The notes beneath the pieces were generated by a model that worked only from the letters and a program-made list of their open reading frames with translations, ran no database searches and was not told where the DNA came from. Positions 38,446 through 47,589 of a stretch of 64,000 nucleotides of DNA are shown here, one piece after another. The DNA is taken from positions 160,001-224,000 of the forward strand of contig JAWLHJ010000001.1 in NCBI GenBank assembly GCA_041690395.1, in the 5' to 3' direction. Source of the DNA: Longimicrobiales bacterium (GTDB lineage: Bacteria; Gemmatimonadota; Gemmatimonadetes; Longimicrobiales; Gaopeijiaceae). How positions within the stretch are numbered: position 1 is the stretch's first letter; each line of letters starts with the position of its first letter. The position numbers and the translations under genes were made by a program.

Positions 38446-41253
38446 GTGGAACGGAACACATTCCGTGAGCTGATCGACCTCGTCGGCGATGCGCTGGAGC
38501 AGCCGGAGGCCTCGCGAGACGCCTGGCTGGAGCAGAGGTGTGCCGGCGACACGGAGCTTCTGCGAGAGGCCCGTGCGCTCCTGGACCTGTCGGTGGCCCC
38601 CACGCTCCATGGCGTGACGCGCGACATCGAGGCTCGTGTCGGCCGGGCGGCGCTCGACCTCGAGCCGACCGCGCGGACACCGGGACGGATCGGGCCCTAC
38701 GTGGTGGACGGGGTGCTCGGGGAGGGCGGCATGGGCGTCGTCTACGCCGCGCGTCAGGAAAAGCCGCTCGAGCGGGACGTCGCGCTCAAGGTCGTCCGCG
38801 GGAGCGCTCTCCGCCCGCGACTCGGAGCCCGCCTGGAAGCCGAGATGCGCCTGCTCGCGACGCTGGACCACCCCTATGTCGCCCGGATCTATGACGCGGG
38901 AGCGACGGACGACGGTGGCTCCTACTTCGCGATGGAGCGCATCGAGGGCCGACCCGTCACCGACTACTGCACCGCGCACGAGCTCGGAACGCGGGCACGC
39001 CTCGAGCTCTTCCTGAAGGTCCTCCGTGCCGTCGGCCACGCGCACCAGAAGGCGGTCGTACATCGAGACCTCAAGCCGTCCAACATCCTGGTGACCGAGG
39101 TGGACGGCGAGGCGACGCCCAAGCTCATAGACTTCGGCATCGCCCTGGTGGCCTCGGACCTGGAGCTCGACCGCGACGAGCGAACCGCGGTTCTCGGCAC
39201 TCCCGATTACATGAGTCCCGAAGCGATCGCGGGAGCGGAGGTGGACACGCGAGCGGACGTCTACGCCCTCGGCGTGCTGCTCCACGAGCTGCTCACGGAC
39301 CGACTCCCGAGCCGCGGCGACACCCGATCGGGACCGGATGGGGCTCACGTGAGCCCGGACGTCCAAAGGATCCCCAGGGATCTCCGTTACATCGTCGACA
39401 AGGCCATCGCCCGGAATCCTGACGAGCGCTACGCCACCGTGGCTCAACTCGCCGACGACATCGTGCGTTACCTCGCGTCGTATCCAGTCGAGGCCCGTCC
39501 GGCGACGGTCTGGTACAACCTCCAGCGCTTCGCCGTGCGAAATCGCGCCCCGGTGCTCGGGCTCGGGGCCGCCGTCGCGGTCCTTCTCGGGGTCAGCGCC
39601 GTCTTCACCCTGCGCCTCGCGGAGCAGCGCGACCTCGCGGAGACGGAGGCCGCCAAGGCCACGGAAGTGGCGGAGTTCCTCCAGGACCTCTTTCGAGCTC
39701 CGGATCCCGACGTCCCGGGCGCGGCGGATCTGACAGCGAGGGAGATCCTCGAGAGGGGCGTAGACCGCGTCTTCACGGAGCTTTCGGATCAGCCGGAAGT
39801 ACAGGCCGCCCTGCTGGGGGTCATCGCGGACACGTACGGTGGGCTGGGACTGTGGGCCGAGGCCGAGGAGCATCTCGAGGAAGCCGTCGAGCGTGAGCGG
39901 GCGCTGAAGGGCCCCGACCACCCCGACGTCGGCGTCCTGCTCCGCCGCCTGGGCCAGGCGCGGAGCTCCGGCGGCGACTTCTCGGGCGCTGAAACGGCCG
40001 TGCGCGAGTCCCTGGCCATCCTACGCGCTTCCCTCGGGCCGACCGCGCCGGAGACCGGTGAAGCGATGACCCAGCTCGCACTCGTTCTCATGCGGGGCGA
40101 GAGCCGGCTGGCGGAGGCGGACTCGATCGGGAGCGAGGCGGTCACGATCCTGCGGACGGCGACGGGCGAAGAGCACGAGGCGTCGCTCGCGACGGCCCTC
40201 CACACCCTGGCGTTCGTGAAGCGCACGCGGCTCCAGCTTCCGGAGGCGCGGGCACTGAACCAGGAGGCCCTGGCCATCCGACGCCGGATCCTCGACCCGA
40301 CGCACCCCGACGTCCTGATGACCGCCAGCAACCTGGCCGTCGTCGTGGAGCACATGGGCCGCTTCCCCGAGGCGGAGGCGCTGCACCGGGAGGTTCTCGC
40401 CGGGCGAAGAGCGCGGCTGGGCGCGGAGCATCCCGATGTGCTCACGTCCATGAACAACCTCGCCTCGGTTCTGTGGCGGATGGGCCGGTACGCGGAGGCC
40501 GAGTCCGTCTTCCGGGATATCGTCCCCGTCGCGCGGGTCGTCCATGGTGAGCAACACCCGACCACGGCCATCCTGATCAACAACCTCGGCGTGGCGACAC
40601 TGCGCGCGGGAGACCCCGTTGCGGCACAGGCACTCCATCGAGAGGCGCTCGAGATGAACCGCCGGCTCCTGGGGGAGGAGCACGCGCGCGTCGCCGGCGA
40701 TCTGGGGAATCTCGGGAAGGCGGTGTTCGCGGCGGGAGACCCACCGGGAGCGAGAGCGATACACCGTCAGGCGTTGGAGATGCGCGTCCGCCTGCTGGGG
40801 GAATCGCACCCGGACGTGGCCTCGAGCCTGGTCGACCTCGCGGCCGTGAGCCTCGCCGAGTCCGATGCGCCGGCCGCGGTCGAGCAGCTTCGCAGGGCGC
40901 TCGAGATCAGGACCCGCGCTCTCTCGGACGACAGCCCCTGGATCGCCGAAGCGCGTCACCATCTCGGCGTGGCACTTCGGGAAGCCGGAGCGACGGAGGA
41001 AGCTGAGGGGCTTCTCCGGGCCGCGCTCGACGTCCGGACGGCCGCGCTGGACCCGGGCCACCCGGACATCGGGGCGACTCGGAGGGAGCTCGCGCACCTG
41101 TTGCAGGGCACCGGCAGGCTCGCCGAGGCCGCGTCGGAGCTTCGGGAGGCCCGTGCCCACGCCGCCGACCGTCTCGGCGAGAGCCATCCCGAGGTCCAGG
41201 CCATCGACGCCCAACTCGCCTCGCTTCCGACGTCAGCCGGCACCGGCGGCTGA
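38446..41253 (+). CDS. Hanks-type Ser/Thr kinase with TM helix and C-terminal TPR repeats
   Basis: GEGGMG, VALK, HRDLKPSN, DFG, GTPDYMSPE, DVYALG; HPD-type TPR repeats. Confidence 0.95.
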   Translation: MERNTFRELIDLVGDALEQPEASRDAWLEQRCAGDTELLREARALLDLSVAPTLHGVTRDIEARVGRAALDLEPTARTPGRIGPYVVDGVLGEGGMGVVYAARQEKPLERDVALKVVRGSALRPRLGARLEAEMRLLATLDHPYVARIYDAGATDDGGSYFAMERIEGRPVTDYCTAHELGTRARLELFLKVLRAVGHAHQKAVVHRDLKPSNILVTEVDGEATPKLIDFGIALVASDLELDRDERTAVLGTPDYMSPEAIAGAEVDTRADVYALGVLLHELLTDRLPSRGDTRSGPDGAHVSPDVQRIPRDLRYIVDKAIARNPDERYATVAQLADDIVRYLASYPVEARPATVWYNLQRFAVRNRAPVLGLGAAVAVLLGVSAVFTLRLAEQRDLAETEAAKATEVAEFLQDLFRAPDPDVPGAADLTAREILERGVDRVFTELSDQPEVQAALLGVIADTYGGLGLWAEAEEHLEEAVERERALKGPDHPDVGVLLRRLGQARSSGGDFSGAETAVRESLAILRASLGPTAPETGEAMTQLALVLMRGESRLAEADSIGSEAVTILRTATGEEHEASLATALHTLAFVKRTRLQLPEARALNQEALAIRRRILDPTHPDVLMTASNLAVVVEHMGRFPEAEALHREVLAGRRARLGAEHPDVLTSMNNLASVLWRMGRYAEAESVFRDIVPVARVVHGEQHPTTAILINNLGVATLRAGDPVAAQALHREALEMNRRLLGEEHARVAGDLGNLGKAVFAAGDPPGARAIHRQALEMRVRLLGESHPDVASSLVDLAAVSLAESDAPAAVEQLRRALEIRTRALSDDSPWIAEARHHLGVALREAGATEEAEGLLRAALDVRTAALDPGHPDIGATRRELAHLLQGTGRLAEAASELREARAHAADRLGESHPEVQAIDAQLASLPTSAGTGG

Positions 41254-41279
41254 CCGGGGCAACCGCCAGGCCGGCTCGC

Positions 41280-44021
41280 TCACTCGACCGTCACCGTCGC
41301 GTCCGCCGACACGCCCTCGGACGTCACGCGGATCTGGGTCGTCCCGGGGGCCAACGCACTCACCAGCCCGCTCCCGTCGACCGTCGCCACGGACGGATCG
41401 AGCGACTCCCAGATGAACGACGCGTCGTCGATGACGTTCCCGTTGGCATCGTAGGCGGTCCCGGTCAGCTGCTGCTCGGACGGCACCACCGCCACGGCCC
41501 TCGCGGGCCCGGTCGCCGGGTCACCGTCGCCCGCACCTGCGGCCACGCCGAGCGCGAAGTCGCTCGGCTCGACCGTGACCGCGTGGGTCTTCTGGTGGAC
41601 CGTGACCTCGATCGTCGCAGACACGCCGTCCGCGCTCGCCAGAATCATCGTGGCCCCGTTCCCGACGGCGGTGACCAGCCCGGTCCCGTCGATCGCGCCC
41701 ACGGCAGGATCACCGCTGCTCCATGCCACCGTCGTGTTCGCCACGACATACCCATTCGCGTCGAGCGCCTCCGCCACGATCTGGACCTGGTCACCGAAGG
41801 ATGGGAGCGGCTCGCACGGCTCGACCACGACGCATGTCCGGTCCAGCGTCAGGCTCGCAACTGTCTGCTCGACGGTGAGCGTGGCCGTGCCGGTCACGTC
41901 TTCCGCGGTGGCGGTCACGATGGTGCTGCCGTTCCCCACCGCAGTCGCCAGACCGGTCGCGGGATCGATGGTCGCCACGGTCTCGTCATCGACGCTCCAC
42001 GCGAAGGTGACGCCCTCGATCGGCTGGCCGCCCTCGTCTCGCGCCACTGCCGAGTACACCTGCGTTGCGCCGAGGGCGGTCAGCGTCGTCGTGGTCGGCG
42101 TGACCTCGATCGAGGCGATCACGGGGCCGCTCGGCCCGCCCGTGTCCGTGAACGTCACTGTCGCCGTGTCGTCGATGGGCTCGCCTTCGAGCGTACCGGT
42201 CACTGTCGCCGTGCCCGCTTCCGCGCTGCTCATATAGGCCGTGTACGTCCCGTCGCCGTTGTCCGTCACCGCCGTCAGGTCGCCGAGCGACGTGACCAGC
42301 AGCACAACCCCGCCGCTCTCGCCGAACGGACCCTCGTTCTCGTCGTACAGGCGCACCGTCAGCGTCGACTGCGTGTCGTTGTCGGCCGGCACTTCGGTCG
42401 GAGCCGCCTCGATCGTCGCGAAGGCCACGACCGGACCGCTCGGCCCGCCCGTGTCCGTGAACGTCACTGTCGCCGTGTCGTCGATGGGCTCGCCTTCGAG
42501 CGTACCGGTCACTGTCGCCGTGCCCGCTTCCGCGCTGCTCATATAGGCCGTGTACGTCCCGTCGCCGTTGTCCGTCACCGCCGTCAGGTCGCCGAGCGAC
42601 GTGACCAGCAGCACAACCCCGCCGCTCTCGCCGAACGGACCCTCGTTCTCGTCGTACAGGCGCACCGTCAGCGTCGACTGCGTGTCGTTGTCGGCCGGCA
42701 CTTCGGTCGGAGCCGCCTCGATCGTCGCGAAGGCCACGACCGGACCGCTCGGTCCACCCGACTCCGTGAACGTCACCACCGCCGTGTCATCGATGGGTTC
42801 GCCTTCGAGCGTACCGGTCACTGTCGCCGTGCCCGCTTCCGCGCTGCTCAGATAGGCCGTGTACGTCCCGTCGCCGTGGTCCATCACGGAAGTCAGGTCG
42901 CCCAGCGTCGTGGCCAGCACCACGACGCCGCCGCTCTCGGTCACGGCGTTCCCGTGCGCGTCGAACAACCGAACGGTCAGGGTCGAAGTAGCGGTCCCGT
43001 CCGGTTCCAGGTTCGTCGGCGACGCCGTGATCGTCGCGGAGCCCGGCTCGGCGGGTCCCGGCAACGCGGTCACGACCATGCTCACGGGCGCCGCCCCGGA
43101 CGCCGACGCGGTGAAGGTGTACTCGCCCGCGACCGGACCCAGCGTGGCCATCGTCGAAGCGCTTCCGGTCACTCCACTCACGACCAGGCCGTCGGCCACG
43201 CCGGCGCCTTCGTCGGCCGCGAAGCTCACGTCCACGCCTGCCACCCCGCCACCGTCGGCGCCGACCACGCGCACCTCGAGGGGAACGCTCGATCTGACCG
43301 GACCGCTGGCGCCATCCCCGCGGACGACCACCAGCGTGGACGTGGACGGCTGGAAGGCGACACCCGTGTCGTCGGACAGACCTTTGGGAGTCACCGCCTC
43401 GACCCGCACCGAGGCACGCTCGTGCGGCGCCTCCAACAGAGCCTCTGGCGAGATCGGCGCGAGCCCGGGGTCACTGGACGACCAGAACGCGAGGACGTCG
43501 TCCACGACCTGCCCATTCGCGTCGCGGCCGGTCACGGCGAACCGGACGGTATCACCGAAGGTGAGAAGGGGCTCGGCGGGCGTCACCTGGATCTCGACCG
43601 CCTCCGCGCCCGGACCCACGAACGCCATGTCGAGGTCGTGGACCGTGAGCGGACCCGATGGAGATGCATCCTCCACCTCGGCCTCGAGCGATCCGGCGAA
43701 CATGCGCGTGGCACCCGACCAGGCCTCCGCCTCCACCAGCACCCGCGCCGGGAGCTCGAGATCGAGCACCCATCCGAGCACCGTCTCGGGATCACCCGTA
43801 TAGGAAAGCACGGTATCCGAGGCCACGGAGCCGTCCCGGATGGCGATGATCGTCACCCCGATCGCATCGAGGTCGAGACGCTCGGGCCCGATGGCGGTCT
43901 CCAGGACCGGCCGGACGCGAAGGGGGCCGTCGTCCAGGCCGTTCGGGTCGGTCGGTCCGCCGTTGCAGCCGAGCGTGACGAGCGCGAGCGCGACGCCCGC
44001 CCTCAGAATCGGCGTGTCCAT
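41280..44021 (-). CDS. Ig-like/invasin-domain repeat surface lipoprotein
   Basis: MDTPILRAGVALALVTLGC lipobox; three D(N/H)GDGTYTAY invasin-D3-like domains; several Big_2-like domains (WS..D..VATVD..GLV). Confidence 0.85.
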   Translation of the reverse strand: MDTPILRAGVALALVTLGCNGGPTDPNGLDDGPLRVRPVLETAIGPERLDLDAIGVTIIAIRDGSVASDTVLSYTGDPETVLGWVLDLELPARVLVEAEAWSGATRMFAGSLEAEVEDASPSGPLTVHDLDMAFVGPGAEAVEIQVTPAEPLLTFGDTVRFAVTGRDANGQVVDDVLAFWSSSDPGLAPISPEALLEAPHERASVRVEAVTPKGLSDDTGVAFQPSTSTLVVVRGDGASGPVRSSVPLEVRVVGADGGGVAGVDVSFAADEGAGVADGLVVSGVTGSASTMATLGPVAGEYTFTASASGAAPVSMVVTALPGPAEPGSATITASPTNLEPDGTATSTLTVRLFDAHGNAVTESGGVVVLATTLGDLTSVMDHGDGTYTAYLSSAEAGTATVTGTLEGEPIDDTAVVTFTESGGPSGPVVAFATIEAAPTEVPADNDTQSTLTVRLYDENEGPFGESGGVVLLVTSLGDLTAVTDNGDGTYTAYMSSAEAGTATVTGTLEGEPIDDTATVTFTDTGGPSGPVVAFATIEAAPTEVPADNDTQSTLTVRLYDENEGPFGESGGVVLLVTSLGDLTAVTDNGDGTYTAYMSSAEAGTATVTGTLEGEPIDDTATVTFTDTGGPSGPVIASIEVTPTTTTLTALGATQVYSAVARDEGGQPIEGVTFAWSVDDETVATIDPATGLATAVGNGSTIVTATAEDVTGTATLTVEQTVASLTLDRTCVVVEPCEPLPSFGDQVQIVAEALDANGYVVANTTVAWSSGDPAVGAIDGTGLVTAVGNGATMILASADGVSATIEVTVHQKTHAVTVEPSDFALGVAAGAGDGDPATGPARAVAVVPSEQQLTGTAYDANGNVIDDASFIWESLDPSVATVDGSGLVSALAPGTTQIRVTSEGVSADATVTVE
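42127..42752. repeat. Perfect 309-bp tandem duplication (103-aa Ig domain), with a diverged third copy to ~43050
   Basis: 42127-42435 matches 42436-42744 by eye; identical shadow ORFs at 42241 and 42550 in the track. Confidence 0.93.
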
Positions 44022-45745
44022 CGCAAGCTCACCGTGGATTCCCTGAAGCTGAGACCCGGATCGCCCAGGTTCTCGTTGTCGTTGAGCCGAGCTCCGAACA
44101 CGAAGGCGTCGCTCTCCGTCAGCTGGAATCGTGACGTGAGCGTCGCCTGGAGCGCGGTCGTCCGGTGGACGTGGGTGCGGCTCAGGTTGAGCCCGGAGAC
44201 CCACCTGCCGCGGGCCAGCGCGAGCTGCCCTCCCAGGCCGAAGTTGGTCCGCGTGGCCCAATCCTCCTGGCCGAACTTCGAATGGACGAGACCGGCCGTC
44301 GGCGTGATGGAGAACACACGGGACGGCTGCACCACGACGCTCCAGCTGGCGGTGTGCGCCCAGGAGGTGCTCGCGTCCCGCAACGGGTTCTCGTCCCCGG
44401 TGGAGCGGAAGTTGTAATCGACCGACGTGCTGCGCAGGATACTCGCTCTTCCGAACGCGATCGACTGCCTGGTGCCGAGGAGCCAGCTCCCGTACGCGAT
44501 CCAGCGCTCCTCCTCGGTAGCCTCGTTGTCGAGCGTCGCGCGCTGCAGGCGCAGGCTCGATGTCCACCGGCGCGTGAGTCGAGTAGACAGGGACGCGCCG
44601 ATCCGGTTCCGTGTCGTCGTGAACGCCTTCTGGTCCGCGAGATTGTCGTTCTGCCGCCCGAGATCGAGGCTGGCATTCACGCGCCCGAGCCGTAGAGCGG
44701 TCCGCGACTGGATCTCTCGACGGTCGGAGAGCAGGGATGCGGTTCCGAGCGACACATACCCCGCGCCCAGGTTCCGGAACGTCACGGTCGACGTGAGCGC
44801 GGGAATCGGGGAAATCTGCCCCTGGAGCGTGTACGCGTAGTCGGCCGAAGAGCTGGTCCGCGGCGTGAACAGCGCCTCGGCGATCCCCGGAATGCGGTCG
44901 AGGAGCTCGGGATTGTCGATGGGGTCCGAGCGGCGATCCCGGGTGTAGCCGCTCCCCGCCAACTCGGCCTCGAGCTTCAGCCGGTCGTCGAGCAGCGCGA
45001 GCGTCCCGACGAGGCTCATGACCAGATTCTGCTGCGGCGTCACCGCGAACCGGTTGTCCCGGCCGACGGAGAGCGTGTCTTCCACGAACGTCGTGTCGGG
45101 TTGCGGATCCAGGAACAGGGTGTCGGTGGGCTCATCGAGCGAGCCCGGATCGTCGAGCGCCGTGACCATGACGAGGGCGAGGGACGTCCCGCGCGCTTCC
45201 CCGACCCCGAGCCGCGCCCCCGCGACGGTCCGGGAGTAGCTCCCCGACACCGCACCCCCGTCGACCGCCCTCCGCGAGCGGCCTCCGAACATCGACAGCC
45301 GCAACGCGCCGCGCTCCACGTCGACGCTCGCGCCCCGGGCCCGGATACCGTTGTAGGTGAGCGGCGAGTAGCTGCCGCTGAAGTCGCCGACAGTGGCGCG
45401 TCCCCACCCCCAGTCGGGGCTGAGCGAGTACTGGTTGATGTTCTGCCTGGCCTGGGCTCCGAGCTGGTTCCCCTCCGTGGAGAGGAGGAAGTCGCCGCGC
45501 ACGCTGACGAGCCCGTAGATGGACGCCGTCGGACGCAGATAGAGACGCGCCGTGGCTCCGGGTCGCCTCCGTTCCGCCCCCGAGACGCCATACAGCTCCG
45601 AGAACGTGCCGACTTCACCGCCGAAGCTGAGGGCGGGCCGATCGAGGTCGAGGTCTAGAGCCTGAGCCCGCGCGCCGGCCGGCAACAGCAGTGCCCGGGC
45701 GACCAGGATCAGGGCCAGAACCAGGAATCCTTGCCCGCGGGTCAT
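44003..45745 (-). CDS. Uncharacterised outer-membrane beta-barrel protein
   Basis: Signal peptide; alternating amphipathic strands; ends SLRWTRRF with a terminal Phe (BAM signal). Confidence 0.75.
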   Translation of the reverse strand: MTRGQGFLVLALILVARALLLPAGARAQALDLDLDRPALSFGGEVGTFSELYGVSGAERRRPGATARLYLRPTASIYGLVSVRGDFLLSTEGNQLGAQARQNINQYSLSPDWGWGRATVGDFSGSYSPLTYNGIRARGASVDVERGALRLSMFGGRSRRAVDGGAVSGSYSRTVAGARLGVGEARGTSLALVMVTALDDPGSLDEPTDTLFLDPQPDTTFVEDTLSVGRDNRFAVTPQQNLVMSLVGTLALLDDRLKLEAELAGSGYTRDRRSDPIDNPELLDRIPGIAEALFTPRTSSSADYAYTLQGQISPIPALTSTVTFRNLGAGYVSLGTASLLSDRREIQSRTALRLGRVNASLDLGRQNDNLADQKAFTTTRNRIGASLSTRLTRRWTSSLRLQRATLDNEATEEERWIAYGSWLLGTRQSIAFGRASILRSTSVDYNFRSTGDENPLRDASTSWAHTASWSVVVQPSRVFSITPTAGLVHSKFGQEDWATRTNFGLGGQLALARGRWVSGLNLSRTHVHRTTALQATLTSRFQLTESDAFVFGARLNDNENLGDPGLSFRESTVSLRWTRRF

Positions 45746-47589
45746 CGTGGCAGCCCCCCGGCGTCGGCGAGCTCCGTGATCCGCACCAGGTCCTCGAGGC
45801 GTGTCTCGGACCGCACGAGGTAGTGCGGCGCCGCCCTTCTCACGAACCACACTTCCTTACGATCGGGGGTCGACGACGACGAGAGGTTGAGGCGCCACGT
45901 ATCGAACGAGCCCGCAGGCGTAGTGACCCGCTCCGTCCCCCGGACCGATATCTCGACCGTGTCGAGGACGGCGGCCTGCGTCTCGAGCACGGGAACGCGC
46001 ATCCGGTAGCCCTCCTCAAGCGGCAACGCCGCCATGAGCGTCTCCAGGGCGGCGCCATCGGACCACACCGGCTCCGCGGTCTCCACGTCGACGGGCGTCT
46101 CGAAGCCCTCCGTCTCCATGACCCCGCTCACGCGACCCTCGCGGAAGTCGAGCTCGATCCGGACGGCCCCCTCCGCCTCTCGTCGAAGGGGTGCCAAAGT
46201 GCTCCCATCGAGTACCACGGTGTCTTTCCCCTTCCTGCGGCCGGTCGGCTCCGCCGACTGCGCGAACGGATCGAACGAGGGGTCGTCGCCGAACATGTCG
46301 TCGATCGCGGCCGGATCCTCGGAGATCGCATCCATGTCCACCTGGGGCATCTCGAACGTCGGCACGTCCGCCTCGTCCACCACGCGCCACACGGGCTCGC
46401 CGTCCTCGGTCGCCCGCTCGATGCGGCGCGCCATCTCGATGGGGGGCATAAGGCTGCCTTCCTCGGTGATCCGGTACTCCAGCCGTACCGGCACGAGGGC
46501 GGACGCATCCGCGGAGGTCACCAAGACCGGCGGAGAAGGAATCTCCGCGAGCGTCATCAAACCCTCGACCACGCCCGACCACCGGTCGAGCAGCAAGAGC
46601 CGTCCCCCCTCGGGTCCTCGTGCGTAGACCAGATGGCGACCACCATCCGCGGCCGCCTCCTGGAACGTCAGGGTCGCGTCGGTACCCACCACCTCGCGCA
46701 CGCTCGATATCGCCTCGACGGACGTGGAGTCGTCCTTGAAGGCGGCGCGCGGATCGTCACTCAGATCCGTTCGGACCAGCTCCACGGCGGACGTCAGCGG
46801 ATCGAGCAGAAGGAGCGCCGGGGCGGTCCGCCCGTCGTCTGAACGGAGCCAGACACGGCCGTCCGGATGGAAGCCCACGACGTCGCAGCGCTCGTCCACC
46901 GCGCACCGGTACACGGGAAGGAGCTCGCCTTCCCGGTAGCGTACCACCTCGGTACCGCCGTCTTCGTCTTCCCGGATGCCCAGGCGAGGGGCCCCGGACG
47001 GGCCGGGAACCCAGCGGCGGACCCCGCCGTCGTTGCGGACCACGACCGTCCGCGCGCCCGTGCCGAGATTCACCCGGACCAGGTCCGGCGCGTCCGGCCA
47101 GCGCCCGGGAAGCTCGACCACCACCGCAACGGGGTCCGGTGCGAAGCCGGCGATACGAACCGCGCCCGCTGTCTCGGGAATCAGCTCTGTTCCGGCGACG
47201 CCCGCACCTGGGGCCATGGCCACGCCGAGGGATCCTCCCTCGTGCCGCAGAACACGGAGCCCGTGGCCATCCTGGTTCGTGAAGACCACGTGCCGGCTGT
47301 CGGGCGCCCAGGCGTAATGTCCGACCGATGCGTCGGCGGCCGTGAGCGGTCGGGCGGCGCCGAGCGAGTGGAACGCCCCGATCACGAAGAGACGGGGTGC
47401 GCCGTCGCGCATCGCGCGGAACGCCACCATGCGGCCGTCCGGGGAGAGGGCGGCGTCGAGAGCGCGGACAGCATCAGAGTCGGCGGCGTCGAGAACCTCG
47501 GCCGGACCCGGGTCCTGAGCCCCGGCCGCGGAGGCGCCCGCCAAGGCGAGGAGGCACGGAAGGAGATATGACACGCTAGAACAACGCAT
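45742..47589 (-). CDS. Secreted TolB/S9-type beta-propeller with a DUF3108-like C-terminal domain
   Basis: Signal peptide; LSPDGRMVAF, WAPDSRHVVF; C-terminal GTERVTTPAGSFDTW; no GxSxG. Confidence 0.7.
   Translation of the reverse strand: MRCSSVSYLLPCLLALAGASAAGAQDPGPAEVLDAADSDAVRALDAALSPDGRMVAFRAMRDGAPRLFVIGAFHSLGAARPLTAADASVGHYAWAPDSRHVVFTNQDGHGLRVLRHEGGSLGVAMAPGAGVAGTELIPETAGAVRIAGFAPDPVAVVVELPGRWPDAPDLVRVNLGTGARTVVVRNDGGVRRWVPGPSGAPRLGIREDEDGGTEVVRYREGELLPVYRCAVDERCDVVGFHPDGRVWLRSDDGRTAPALLLLDPLTSAVELVRTDLSDDPRAAFKDDSTSVEAISSVREVVGTDATLTFQEAAADGGRHLVYARGPEGGRLLLLDRWSGVVEGLMTLAEIPSPPVLVTSADASALVPVRLEYRITEEGSLMPPIEMARRIERATEDGEPVWRVVDEADVPTFEMPQVDMDAISEDPAAIDDMFGDDPSFDPFAQSAEPTGRRKGKDTVVLDGSTLAPLRREAEGAVRIELDFREGRVSGVMETEGFETPVDVETAEPVWSDGAALETLMAALPLEEGYRMRVPVLETQAAVLDTVEISVRGTERVTTPAGSFDTWRLNLSSSSTPDRKEVWFVRRAAPHYLVRSETRLEDLVRITELADAGGLPR

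Noticed and set aside
42127..42752. CRISPR array or mobile-element repeat
   Set aside because: An in-frame 309-bp coding repeat with no spacers, cas genes or transposase.
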